From NCBI GenBank assembly GCA_964530905.1, contig CAZHCI010000001.1, positions 14,995 to 73,688 of the forward strand: a DNA stretch of 58,694 nt, read 5' to 3'. Each line of letters starts with the position of its first letter. Position 1 is the stretch's first letter. Shown piece by piece: positions 46,071-57,504 of the stretch. This stretch comes from an uncultured bacterium. GTDB lineage: Bacteria > Deinococcota > Deinococci > Deinococcales > Trueperaceae. A program made the translations under genes and the position numbers. The notes under the pieces were generated by a model that did not search any database, had not been told where the DNA came from, and worked only from the letters and a program-made list of their open reading frames with translations.

Positions 46071-47567
46071 CTACGGCAGCAGCGTCACCCAGCGAGCCAG
46101 GAGCGGCACCAGCGGATTCTCGTCCGCGGTGAGCAGATCGACGTGCGTCAGGCCGGACAGGATGGTCACGGCCAGCGGCGCGCCGAGACGCTGCTCGGCG
46201 TAGCCGCCGAACGCATCGACGTCGCGCAGCAGCCCCCGGTCGCTGCCGACCGCGAGGGTCGGCGTCGTGACCTCGCGCATCGGGACGAAGTCGCCGACGT
46301 CGGCGAGGTCGGGCGACAGCGCCGCGAGGTCCAGCAGCAGCGCCGTCGGCACGTACCATTCCCCCGCGTCGGCGTGCGGGTCGGTCCAGGTCCCCATGTA
46401 CTCCGCGTAGTCGGAACGCTCGTAGCGCGGGTCGCCCGGCCCCCAGTCGACGCGCTCGGCGCCCTCGGCCACGCCGACGACGCTGGCGCTCCGGGCGGCC
46501 CACAGCCCGCCGACCAGGACGGCGAACACGCTGCCGTCCAGCTCGGCGTTCACCACCTCGCCCAGCGAGGCGGAGTGCACGCGGAACGCGCTGTACTGGT
46601 CGTCGTGGACGATGCCGGCGAACGCCCGATTCGTCATCGGCACCCGCGTAGCGACGTCCGGAGCCGGGGCGCCTGGCGCCATGTCGGCCAGCATCGCCGA
46701 GGCGAGTCGCCGGGCGAAGGTCGCTCCCCCGTCGCCCAGCGTCGTCCACGGCGGCGCCCTGCCCTCCTCGACCGCCTCCCGGGTCGGCAGCACCACCGGA
46801 ACGCCGAAGAGGCGGAACCCGCGCGAATAGCCGAACGCTCCCGTCCGTCCCGGAGCCCCGTCGATGAGCACCAGTCCGTCGATCGCCTCGCGCCCCGCGC
46901 CGTCGGGCCCGTTCCAGGCCGAGTACAGCGCGACCTGACTGGCGCCCAGCGAGTGCCCCATCAACACGACGCGGGGCGCGGCGGCGCGCGCCTCGCGCAC
47001 GACCACGTCGAGGTCGGAGAGGTGGGTCGCCAAGCCCCAGTCGGCGACGAAGGCGAACTGCTCGGGGTCGGGGACCCGATACGTCGGCGCGGCGTCCGCC
47101 GTCCCCAGGTACGCGCGCTGGAGGAGCTCGACGTCGCCGCTCGCCCACGCCTGGCGGGCAGGAGCGTGGTCCTCGAGCGCGTTGGCGCGCCGATCGACCG
47201 CCCATACCTGGAGCCCCGGCACCCCGGCGACCATGCGCCGCGCCAGCGGTCCGAACTGGGCGGCGCCTCCGAACAGGCCCGGCACGGCGATCACGATCGT
47301 CTCGACCGGCTCGTCGAGCCCCCAGCGGAGCGTGGTCTGCGCGTCGTAGCGCGCAGGCGTCGACGGCACGTCCGCGCCGGGGACGCGGACGGCCCACGAC
47401 GGCACCTCGGCCGGCGCCAGCCGCCACGGCACGTCCAGGGGCAGGGTCGTCGGACGCACGTCGGGCAGCGGCAGGCAGCCGGCGAGCAGCGTCAGCGCCA
47501 GGAGCATGCCGGCTCCGCGTAGCCGCGTGCCACGTCGTGCGCAGGCGGTCGGCTCGAGCGTCGCCAT
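46071..47567 (-). CDS. Alpha/beta-hydrolase lipoprotein
   Basis: Only the last 498 codons of ORF 46071..48506 are plausible. ATG 47567 lies 6 nt after TACGCT. Lipobox LLAGC and nucleophile elbow GHSLG. Confidence 0.7.
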   Translation of the reverse strand: MATLEPTACARRGTRLRGAGMLLALTLLAGCLPLPDVRPTTLPLDVPWRLAPAEVPSWAVRVPGADVPSTPARYDAQTTLRWGLDEPVETIVIAVPGLFGGAAQFGPLARRMVAGVPGLQVWAVDRRANALEDHAPARQAWASGDVELLQRAYLGTADAAPTYRVPDPEQFAFVADWGLATHLSDLDVVVREARAAAPRVVLMGHSLGASQVALYSAWNGPDGAGREAIDGLVLIDGAPGRTGAFGYSRGFRLFGVPVVLPTREAVEEGRAPPWTTLGDGGATFARRLASAMLADMAPGAPAPDVATRVPMTNRAFAGIVHDDQYSAFRVHSASLGEVVNAELDGSVFAVLVGGLWAARSASVVGVAEGAERVDWGPGDPRYERSDYAEYMGTWTDPHADAGEWYVPTALLLDLAALSPDLADVGDFVPMREVTTPTLAVGSDRGLLRDVDAFGGYAEQRLGAPLAVTILSGLTHVDLLTADENPLVPLLARWVTLLP

Positions 47568-47633
47568 GCGCCCAGCGTAGAGCACGGCGCCGCCGACCAC
47601 GGCGTCGGACGGAACGTCGCGAGAACGCCGTCG

Positions 47634-47642
47634 TGCTACGCT
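47634..47642 (+). promoter_or_regulatory. Extended -10 TGcTACGCT, 6 nt before GTG 47649
   Basis: Read directly. The divergent hydrolase gene has TACGCT (47574-47579) 6 nt before its ATG. Confidence 0.45.
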
Positions 47643-47648
47643 TCCCGC

Positions 47649-48386
47649 GTGTCCGTCGAGGTCCTCGACTACCGACTGGAAGTCCGCGGCGTGCCGGCGG
47701 GCCGGCACGTGCTGCGAAGCGAGGGCGAGGGTCGCGACGCCCGCTCCAAGGGCGGCCCCCCCGAGAGCGTCCGGCTCGAGGGCGAAGCGACGTTCGAGGG
47801 GCCGCTCGGTCCGGCGCGGGTGCTGCAGCTGAGCCGTTGCGACGCGGACCTCATGACGAGTCGCGAGTTCCGCGAGACGACCGTCGACCGCAGCGGCGAA
47901 CGCCGCATGCGGATCGAGTTCGACGAGGCGGACGGCCTGGTCCGCTTGCGACGTGGCGACGAGCTGGCGGAGACCCCCTACCTGGCGTCGTTCCGCGATC
48001 CGCTCTCGATGCTGCGCGAGCTCCGCCGCGCCGACGCGGGCGCGCAGCGCATCCGGATTCCGATGCTCGGCAAGGTGGTCGAGGCGCGTTCGCTGGGTCT
48101 GGTCGAGCTCGCGACGGAGCTGGGGCCGAAGCGGGCTCGGGCGTACCAGCTCCACCCGGGAGGGAGCTGGATCTGGATCGACGCCGAGCCGCCCCACGCG
48201 ATTCTGAAGCTCACGCAGCGAACGCCGGACGGGCTGGTCGACGCGGTGCTCGTCAAGATCGCCCAAGGCACCGAGCTGCCCGGCTGGGACGCCGAGGAGG
48301 GCCGGGGCGGCGCGAAGAAGCGAAGCAAGCGTCGCCGGCGGCGCCGGGGCCGCGGCGGTCGCTCCAGGTCCCGCAAGAACGAGTGA
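47649..48386 (+). CDS. DUF3108-like protein without a signal peptide, with a polybasic C-terminal tail
   Basis: 245 aa. GTG lies 6 nt after TGcTACGCT. FRDPLSMLRELRR...IPMLGKVVEARSLGLVELATELGPKRARAYQL...WIWIDAEPPHAILKL resembles DUF3108. The tail reads GGAKKRSKRRRRRRGRGGRSRSRKNE. Confidence 0.55.
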   Translation: MSVEVLDYRLEVRGVPAGRHVLRSEGEGRDARSKGGPPESVRLEGEATFEGPLGPARVLQLSRCDADLMTSREFRETTVDRSGERRMRIEFDEADGLVRLRRGDELAETPYLASFRDPLSMLRELRRADAGAQRIRIPMLGKVVEARSLGLVELATELGPKRARAYQLHPGGSWIWIDAEPPHAILKLTQRTPDGLVDAVLVKIAQGTELPGWDAEEGRGGAKKRSKRRRRRRGRGGRSRSRKNE

Positions 48387-49644
48387 GGACCGACCCTCGT
48401 CCCCGTGAACGGGCCGATCGTCCGCCTTCCGAGGAGGTCCAGGCGGCGCTCGCTCGGCTCTACGCCTGCAGCCGGGGAGGCGCCCCGCGCGATCCCGCTC
48501 GGACACGCACGCTCCTGGACCGCCTGGCGATTCCGGATCCCGACCACGTCGTGCACGTCGTCGGAACGAACGGCAAAGGCTCGGTGGCGGCTCGGATCGC
48601 CGCTGGGCTGCGTGCGGCCGGCCGGAGCCCCTTGCGCTTCCTCTCGCCGCACGTCGAGCGCTTCCACGAGCGGATCGACGTCGCGGGCGAGCCGCTGCGG
48701 GACGCGGAGCTGCTTACGTTCCTGGAGCGGGCGTGGCGGAACGAGCCGGCCCCTGCCGCAGCGTTCTTCGAGCTCGCGACGGCGATGGCGCTGGACGTGG
48801 CGCATCGGCGAGGGGCGGACTGGGCCGTGCTCGAGGCCGGCGTAGGCGCGGCACGCGACGCGACGCTGGCGATCTCGAACGTGCGTGCGACGGTGCTCAC
48901 GAACGTGGACGAGGATCACCTCGACCAGATCGGCCCCGACCTCGCCGCCGTGGCGCGCGACAAGGCGGCGGCGATCCGACCGGGCGTCCCGATCGTCACC
49001 GGCGCGACGGGCACCGCGCTGGACATCGTGCGTGCGACCGCGCGGCGGCTGCGCTCTCCCCTCCACGCCTCGGACGACGGCGGCTCGGTGTTCGACTGGC
49101 CGGCGAGCGCTTCGGCGCCGACGACGGCGACCGGCGAGGCCGCCGGGCGGCTGGCGCTCGCCACGCTCCGGTCGTTGGAGCTCGAGCCGGACGCCGAACG
49201 CCGCGCGCTGCTGGCCGCGGCCGACCCGCCGGCGCTTCCCGCGCGTCGCGAGCGGTTCGGCCTGGACCACGGCCGCAGCGTGCTCCTCGACGGAGCGCAC
49301 AACCCGGCGGCCGCGGCCGCGCTGGCGGCCGAGGCTCCCTCGGGAGCGCACGTGCTGTTGGGCGTCGCGAGCCGCAAGGACGTCGCGCGGATCCGGTCGG
49401 TGTTCGCGGGCGCGCCGCGCCTCACCCTCACCGCCGCGGCGCCCGACGAGCGTCCCTGGCACGACGATCCCGCCTTCGTGGCCGACGCCGTAGGCGCGCT
49501 CGAAACGGCCCTGGCCGCCCTGCCGCCGGGAGGCACGCTGATCGTGACCGGCTCGTTCCACCTCGCCGGACGCCTCAGGCCGACGCTCAGGCGCCTCGCC
49601 GAGGCGACCGGCCACGCGCGGGGGCCACGGTATGCTCCGAGCTC

Positions 49645-49648
<4 letters not shown>
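48383..49648 (+). CDS. folC: Bifunctional folylpolyglutamate synthase / dihydrofolate synthase
   Basis: GTG 48383 overlaps the upstream stop (GTGA). P-loop VVGTNGKGS, EAGVGAARDAT, DGAHNPAAA. Confidence 0.88.
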
Positions 49649-51000
<1,352 letters not shown>

Positions 51001-51058
51001 GGCGCGACGGCGGTCCGGTCGACGGCCGCGTCGCGCTCCGCGCTTCGCCGTGCCCGGC

Positions 51059-52216
51059 CTAGCCCAGCGGGCCTCGCTGGTTCAGCAGCCGTTCGAACTC
51101 GCGCTCGTCGGGCGCCTCGCGCGCCCCGACGCGCTGCGTGATCATCAGCCGCAGCTCGTGCGGGCTGGTCGCCATGTAGGTCGCGTCGGCCAACGTCACC
51201 CGGCCGTCGAGGTAGAGCTCGACGAGGTTCTGATCGAACGTCCGCATGCCGCGGAGGTTGCCTTCCATCAGCGCCTCCTTGATCAGCGACGTCTTGTCGG
51301 GATCGCGAATGTAGTCGCGGATCAGCGGCGTGTTGACCAGCACCTCCGACGACAGCACCCGCCCCGGCCCGTCGGCCCGCGCCAGCAGCCTCTGGCTCAG
51401 GATGCCCAGCAGCGACTCGGCCATCATCGCCCGGATCTGGTTCCGCTCGTGCGGCGGGAAGAAGTCGATGATGCGGTTGATCGTGCGGACGGCGTCGAGC
51501 GTGTGAAGGGTCGACAGCACCAGGTGCCCGGTCTGGGCGGCGGTGATGGCGGCCTCGACGGTGGCCTTGTCCCGCATCTCGCCGATCATGATCACGTCGG
51601 GATCCTGGCGCATCGCGTACTTCAGGGCGTCGATGAAGTCGGCGGTGTCGAGGCCCACCTCGCGTTGGACGACCAGGCTCTTCTGGTTGCTGTGGAGGAT
51701 CTCGATCGGATCCTCGATCGTGATCACGTGACGCGAGTAGCGCCGATTGATGTGGTCCACCATCGCGGCCAGGCTGGTGGTCTTGCCCGAGCCGGTCGGC
51801 CCGGTGACCAGCACCAGGCCGCGCGGCTGCTCGGCCCAACGGGTGACGACCTCGGAAGGAAGCCCGAGCGCCTCGAAGCCGGGAATCGCATCGCCGATCA
51901 CGCGCATCACCACGCCCACCGAGCCGCGTTGGCGGAACGCGTTGCAGCGGAAGCGGGCCACCTGGGGAATCGTGAACGCGAAGTCCAGCTCGTGCCGGTG
52001 CCGGAACGCCGTGCGCTGCTCGTCGGTCATCATCGCCAGGGCGATCTGCTCGGTCTGCGCGGGCGTCAGCGCGGGGCTGTCCTCCCACGGGTGGAGCTCG
52101 CCGTCCACGCGGACGTGGGGCGGCGCGCCCGCTTGCAGGTGGACGTCCGACGCGCCCCGCGCGACCATCCGCCCGAGCAGGTCGGCCATCCGTACGCCGC
52201 GTGTTTGGCTGTCCAT
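51059..52216 (-). CDS. pilT: Type IV pilus retraction ATPase PilT
   Basis: 385 aa with an AGGAGG RBS. Walker A GPTGSGKTT, Asp box, Walker B IMIGEMRD, His box LVLSTLHT. Confidence 0.9.
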   Translation of the reverse strand: MDSQTRGVRMADLLGRMVARGASDVHLQAGAPPHVRVDGELHPWEDSPALTPAQTEQIALAMMTDEQRTAFRHRHELDFAFTIPQVARFRCNAFRQRGSVGVVMRVIGDAIPGFEALGLPSEVVTRWAEQPRGLVLVTGPTGSGKTTSLAAMVDHINRRYSRHVITIEDPIEILHSNQKSLVVQREVGLDTADFIDALKYAMRQDPDVIMIGEMRDKATVEAAITAAQTGHLVLSTLHTLDAVRTINRIIDFFPPHERNQIRAMMAESLLGILSQRLLARADGPGRVLSSEVLVNTPLIRDYIRDPDKTSLIKEALMEGNLRGMRTFDQNLVELYLDGRVTLADATYMATSPHELRLMITQRVGAREAPDEREFERLLNQRGPLG

Positions 52217-52292
52217 GGTCGTCCTCCTAGGAAGCGTCGTTCCGCCCCAGCATAGGCCCGGGGCGGGCGCGAGGGCTGTGAGACATCGCGCC

Positions 52293-53075
<783 letters not shown>

Positions 53076-53114
53076 GGGTACCTACCTCCTCGGGCGGGAC
53101 CGCCCTGGTGCGGG

Positions 53115-54344
53115 TCAGCGTTCTCCGACCCCGAGATGCGTTTCGAGTTGCCTGCTCGCGACGGACATACGGTAGCAGAAGAACCAGTATACGACGGCCA
53201 TGAACAGCGAGATCTCGAGGAGTACGCCGCCGGCGTACTGCAGCGAGTCGGGCTGACTGGGGATGACGCGCCGGCCGATCTCGAAGAAGTCGAACAAGCC
53301 GACGATGAAGACGAGCGACGTGTCCTTGAACAACCCGATGGACTGCCCCACGATGGCGGGGATCACGGCGCGGAGCGCCTGGGGCAGCACGATCGTTCGC
53401 ATCGTCGCCCAGCCCGTCAAGCCCAGCGCGCGCGCGGCCTCCTCCTGCCCCTTCGGAACGGACTGCAGACCGCCGCGCACGTTCTCGGCCATGTAGGCGG
53501 ACGAGAACAGCGTGATCGCCACCAGCGCGCGGCCGATGGCCGGGATGCTGTCGGGGCTCACGTTCAAGAGCAGCGGCACCATGAGCGACGCGATGAACAG
53601 CCAGGTGATCAGCGGCGCCCCGCGGACGAGCTCGATCACGCCGATGCAGAACCACTTGATGGCGGGCAGGTCGCTCCGGCGCCCGAGGGCGAGCGCGATG
53701 CCCAGCGGGAACGACACCGCGATCCCCACGCCGGCGAGGATCAGGGTGAGGAGGAACCCGCCCCATTCGACGGTGCTCACGACCTCCATCGGCCCGTTCC
53801 CGCCGAGGCCGTAGAGAAGGATCACGACGACGGGCAGGCCGGTCGCCCACAGCCATGCTTGGGCCCGGACCAGGCCGGGCAGGCGCAGCCCCGCCAGGTA
53901 TCCGCCGACCGCGATGAGGCTGGTCAGCGACCACCACGCCCGGACCGAGGGCCAGAACGCCAACGACACGAGCGTGATCGCGAACCCGAGGCCCGCGAAC
54001 CACCAGAACACGCCGCCCGCGATCTGTCCCTTGCCGGCACGTCGTCCGAGCCCCGCCGACAGTCCGAAGAGTCCCAGGACCACGCCCGCCGCGAGGATCG
54101 GCCGCCACAGCAGGTCGCTCGGGTAGCGGTAGACGGCGAGGAGCTTGAGGTTCTCCCACACGGGCGTCCAGGCCGCGCCGCCCAGCACGATCCAACGAAC
54201 GAGGCCGAAGAGGGCGTACAGCAACAGCGCGCCCACGACGAGACTGACGATCGAGTTGACCGGGCCGTGGAACAGGTTGCGACGCAGCCAGGCGCTGGCG
54301 CCTCGCTCACGGGCCGGGGGCAGGCGGGCCGGAATCATCTCCAT
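53115..54344 (-). CDS. aapM: Amino-acid ABC transporter permease (AapM-like)
   Basis: 409 aa, polytopic. EAA-type loop VPKGQEEAARALGLTGWATMRTIVLPQAL. Confidence 0.88.
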   Translation of the reverse strand: MEMIPARLPPARERGASAWLRRNLFHGPVNSIVSLVVGALLLYALFGLVRWIVLGGAAWTPVWENLKLLAVYRYPSDLLWRPILAAGVVLGLFGLSAGLGRRAGKGQIAGGVFWWFAGLGFAITLVSLAFWPSVRAWWSLTSLIAVGGYLAGLRLPGLVRAQAWLWATGLPVVVILLYGLGGNGPMEVVSTVEWGGFLLTLILAGVGIAVSFPLGIALALGRRSDLPAIKWFCIGVIELVRGAPLITWLFIASLMVPLLLNVSPDSIPAIGRALVAITLFSSAYMAENVRGGLQSVPKGQEEAARALGLTGWATMRTIVLPQALRAVIPAIVGQSIGLFKDTSLVFIVGLFDFFEIGRRVIPSQPDSLQYAGGVLLEISLFMAVVYWFFCYRMSVASRQLETHLGVGER

Positions 54345-54345
54345 G

Positions 54346-56160
54346 TCAGCGCTCCACGATCGCGAGCCGCGCGTTCACGATGTTCAGAATGAAGGCGAAG
54401 ATGAAGCTGATCGTCAGGTACGAGCCGATGATCAGCAGCGTCACCGGCACGCTCGCTCCGGTCTGGTTCGCGACGATCGTGCTCACCGCGAACAGCTCCC
54501 CGTAGGCGGCGAGGGGCCCCAGCGAGGAGTTCTTCGTCAGGTTCAGGTACTGACTGATCATCGGGGGCAGGATGATCCGGACGGCCTGGGGGAACACGAC
54601 CAGGTTGAAGGTCTGCGCGCCCGACAGCCCGAGGGCCCCGGCGGCCTCGGTCTGGCCCTTCGGAACGGCTTGAATGCCCCCGCGCACGATCTCCGCGATG
54701 AAGCTCGAGGTGTAGACCACCAAGGCCAGGAGAAGCGCCAGATAGCTGGTGGTGAAGCGGAAGCCGCCCTCGTAGTTGGACACCGGGATCGTGGGCGTGC
54801 TCCAGATCAGGGCACCGGACTCGCGGACGGTCACCGTGGCGTCGAGCGTCGCGGCGTCCTCGTCGGCGTCGTCGCCGATCGGTGAGCCGAACAGACCGCC
54901 GACGCCGAAGCCTCCCCTCTCCTGCTCGCCTTCGTCGTCCAACGCCTCGGAAGCGCCGAGCGGATCGAAGCCGGGAACGCGGAACTCGCCGTCGCGGCCG
55001 GACACGAGGTTCCGCTCGAAGCCGCGCACGATGAGCTCCGTCTCGACGTTCGTGAAGCCGCTGCCGTCCTCGCCCAGCTCCTCGCCTCGTTGCCAGGCGC
55101 CGTCGCCGTTGCGGTCGACGTAGAGGATGGCGCTGTTGGGCTCGCGCAGCCAGTGCACGTCGAAGCGCTCCGCATCCTCCTCGTGCACGAACACCAGCTC
55201 GGCCTCCTCGAACTCGCCCGGCTCCATCACCGGGTAGCGCAGCGTGCTGGGCTTGACGCGTCGCTGCTCGACGAGGTTGCGGCTGCGGGCCTCGAGCAGG
55301 CCCTCCTCGATGCGGACGGTCAGCGGCACGTGGCCGACGTTGCGCTCGCCCCGTTCCTGCACCCCGTCGCCGTCCACGTCGCGGAAGGTGACGCCGCGAC
55401 CCCGGTCGAGGGTCACCTCGACCGCCAGGTTCTCGGGCGGCGCGGCGAACGACGACGCCACGAAGTAGCCGACGACGGCGACGACCAGCGCCGCGAGGAG
55501 CGCTGTCGGCCACGCCCGTCCGGGGGTCTCCGACCGCGCGATCTGTCGGCGACGCCAGTTCAGCAGCAGCACGAACAGGGCGAGCGCCACGACCAGCCAG
55601 GGCCACCAGAACTGGAACCCGAATCCTGGGTAGGGGAACGGGAACGCGAGTCCGCGGTTGGACAGGTACAGCCCGCCGGGCAGGCGGAGCGGCGCCGAGA
55701 TGGTGGGCGGCAGCGTGGCCAGCGCCGCCGTGAACCAGAAGATGATCTGAACGGCGAGCGGCGTGTTCCGAAGGACCTCCACGTACCAGGTCGAGATCTG
55801 CCTCAGAAGCCAGTTGCCGCTCAACCGGCCCACGCCGACCGCCACGCCCAGCACGCTCGCGAAGGCGACCCCGACGAGCGACACCTTGAGCGTGTTGAGC
55901 ACGCCGATGAGCAGCGCCCGCCAGTACGGATCCTGGGGCGTGTACGGGATCGGCCGCTCCGCGATCGGAATGCCCGCGCGCGCGTCGAGGAACCCGAAAT
56001 CGGCCGGAAGGTTCGAGCGCGAGAGCGCCGTCGTGACGTTGGTCCAGAGCACGACGAAGCCGGCGATCACGACGGCCGCGAACACGATCTGCGCGAGCAG
56101 GCCGATCGTCTTGACGTTCCGCCAGAAGGGGATTCGGGTGGGCGCCTCAGGCCGAGACAC
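54346..56160 (-). CDS. aapQ: Amino-acid ABC transporter permease (AapQ-like) with a large extracytoplasmic insertion
   Basis: 604 aa. EAA loop VPKGQTEAAGALGLSGAQTFNLVVFPQAV. Residues about 241-460 form an acidic soluble insert absent from the AapQ layout I know. Confidence 0.85.
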   Translation of the reverse strand: MSRPEAPTRIPFWRNVKTIGLLAQIVFAAVVIAGFVVLWTNVTTALSRSNLPADFGFLDARAGIPIAERPIPYTPQDPYWRALLIGVLNTLKVSLVGVAFASVLGVAVGVGRLSGNWLLRQISTWYVEVLRNTPLAVQIIFWFTAALATLPPTISAPLRLPGGLYLSNRGLAFPFPYPGFGFQFWWPWLVVALALFVLLLNWRRRQIARSETPGRAWPTALLAALVVAVVGYFVASSFAAPPENLAVEVTLDRGRGVTFRDVDGDGVQERGERNVGHVPLTVRIEEGLLEARSRNLVEQRRVKPSTLRYPVMEPGEFEEAELVFVHEEDAERFDVHWLREPNSAILYVDRNGDGAWQRGEELGEDGSGFTNVETELIVRGFERNLVSGRDGEFRVPGFDPLGASEALDDEGEQERGGFGVGGLFGSPIGDDADEDAATLDATVTVRESGALIWSTPTIPVSNYEGGFRFTTSYLALLLALVVYTSSFIAEIVRGGIQAVPKGQTEAAGALGLSGAQTFNLVVFPQAVRIILPPMISQYLNLTKNSSLGPLAAYGELFAVSTIVANQTGASVPVTLLIIGSYLTISFIFAFILNIVNARLAIVER

Positions 56161-56343
56161 GTACGACCTCTCGCGGCCTCGGCCGGCGTCCGGGCTCGGA
56201 CGCCGTCGGTCCGGATTCGGACCCGTGCGGGATGAGATAGGGGATGCTCACAAGATGAGGGGTGCTGCGCTCGACGCTCGCCGCGAACGCCGTTCGCCGG
56301 GGAGGGGCCCGGGGCGCCGCCCGACGGCGACGCCTCGCGACGG

Positions 56344-56374
56344 GGTGCCGGTCGCCGAAGCGACGACCGGCACC
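56344..56374 (-). terminator. Intercistronic hairpin just after aapJ (attenuator or mRNA-stabilising element)
   Basis: 11-bp stem GGTGCCGGTCG / CGACCGGCACC with a 9-nt loop, 7 nt past the aapJ stop. A second 8-bp hairpin lies at 56185-56204. Confidence 0.5.
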
Positions 56375-56381
56375 ATCGATC

Positions 56382-57398
56382 TCAGCGGAGGGGCATGCTG
56401 AACAGCAGACCGCCGTCCGTGTACTGCGAGTTCAGGCCGCGGGGGATGTCGAACTGGGTGTCGGGACCGAGGTTGCGGTTGTAGATCTCCTCGTAGTTGC
56501 CCACCTGTTCGATCATGCGGAGCATGGCGTCGGCGTCGAGGCCGATCTGCTCGACGGCTTCCGGCTCGACGCCCAGGAGCCGCTGCACGGCCGGGTTGTT
56601 CGTCGTCTCGGCGACCTCACGCACGTTCTCGGAGGTGATGCCGTACTCCTCGGCCGCGAAGGTGCTGAACACGATCCACTTGACGGCGTCGAACCAGACG
56701 TCGTCGCCGTGCAGGACCGAGGGACCGAGCGGCTCCTTGGAGATCGTCTGCGGCAGGATGACGCTGCCCTCGGGGTCCTGCGTCGTGGGGAGGCGGCTCA
56801 CCAGACCGGAGACGTCCGTGGTGTACGACTCGCACTGGCCGGCGTCGTAGGCGGCGATCGCCTGGTCGGCGGTCTCGAGCACGACGGGCGTGTAGTCGAT
56901 GTCGAGCGCGGCCATGACGTCCGTCAGGTTCAGCTCGGTCGTCGTTCCCGACTGGACGCAGATGCTGCGGCCCTCGAGGTCCTCGAGGTCCTCGATGCCG
57001 TCGGCGCGCTTGACCATGAAACCTTGACCGTCGTAGAAGGTCGTCGGCGCGAAGTTGAGGCCGACGGCGGTGTCGCGACTGGACGTCCAAGTGGTGTTGC
57101 GGATCAGGACGTCGACCTCGCCGGTCTGGACGGCCGTGAAGCGCTCCTGGGCCGAGAGGGCGCGGAAGTCGACCGCGTCGGCGTCCCCGAGGACGGCGGC
57201 GGCGATGGCGCGGCAGAAGTCGACGTCGAAGCCGCTGTACTCGCCCTCGGCGTCGACCGAGCCGAAGCCGGGAACCTGGTTGTTGACGCCGCACACGAGA
57301 TTGCCGCGGACCTGCACTTCGTCGAGCAGACTGGTCTGCGCCTGCGCCAGTCCGAAGAGGACCGACAGCGCGGCGGCGATGGTCAGGATTCTGTGCAT
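56382..57398 (-). CDS. aapJ: General L-amino-acid ABC transporter substrate-binding protein
   Basis: ATG 57398 follows AAAGGAG (7 nt). MHRILTIAAALSVLFGLAQA signal peptide, then VCGVNNQVPGFGSVDAEGEYSGFDVDFCRAIAAAV. The ORF-track start 57572 lies in an AT-richer promoter region. Confidence 0.9.
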   Translation of the reverse strand: MHRILTIAAALSVLFGLAQAQTSLLDEVQVRGNLVCGVNNQVPGFGSVDAEGEYSGFDVDFCRAIAAAVLGDADAVDFRALSAQERFTAVQTGEVDVLIRNTTWTSSRDTAVGLNFAPTTFYDGQGFMVKRADGIEDLEDLEGRSICVQSGTTTELNLTDVMAALDIDYTPVVLETADQAIAAYDAGQCESYTTDVSGLVSRLPTTQDPEGSVILPQTISKEPLGPSVLHGDDVWFDAVKWIVFSTFAAEEYGITSENVREVAETTNNPAVQRLLGVEPEAVEQIGLDADAMLRMIEQVGNYEEIYNRNLGPDTQFDIPRGLNSQYTDGGLLFSMPLR

Positions 57399-57474
57399 AT
57401 ACGAACTCCTTTGCATGATGAACGATGGGCGATCACCGAGGGACGCGTCATCGAAAACGTCCATGCCCCACGGC

Positions 57475-57504
57475 ATCGTACATAAACGTCCCTCCATCTG
57501 TAAA
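57475..57504 (-). promoter_or_regulatory. Sigma-70-type promoter TTTACA-N18-TACGAT for the aapJQMP operon (leader of about 75 nt)
   Basis: Read on the minus strand, in the most AT-rich stretch of the window. Confidence 0.45.

Noticed and set aside
51059-52216. pilT as a marker of a type IV pilus or competence gene cluster.
   Set aside because: It stands alone between rimO and the aap operon. No pilB, pilC, pilM-Q or pilin genes are in the window.
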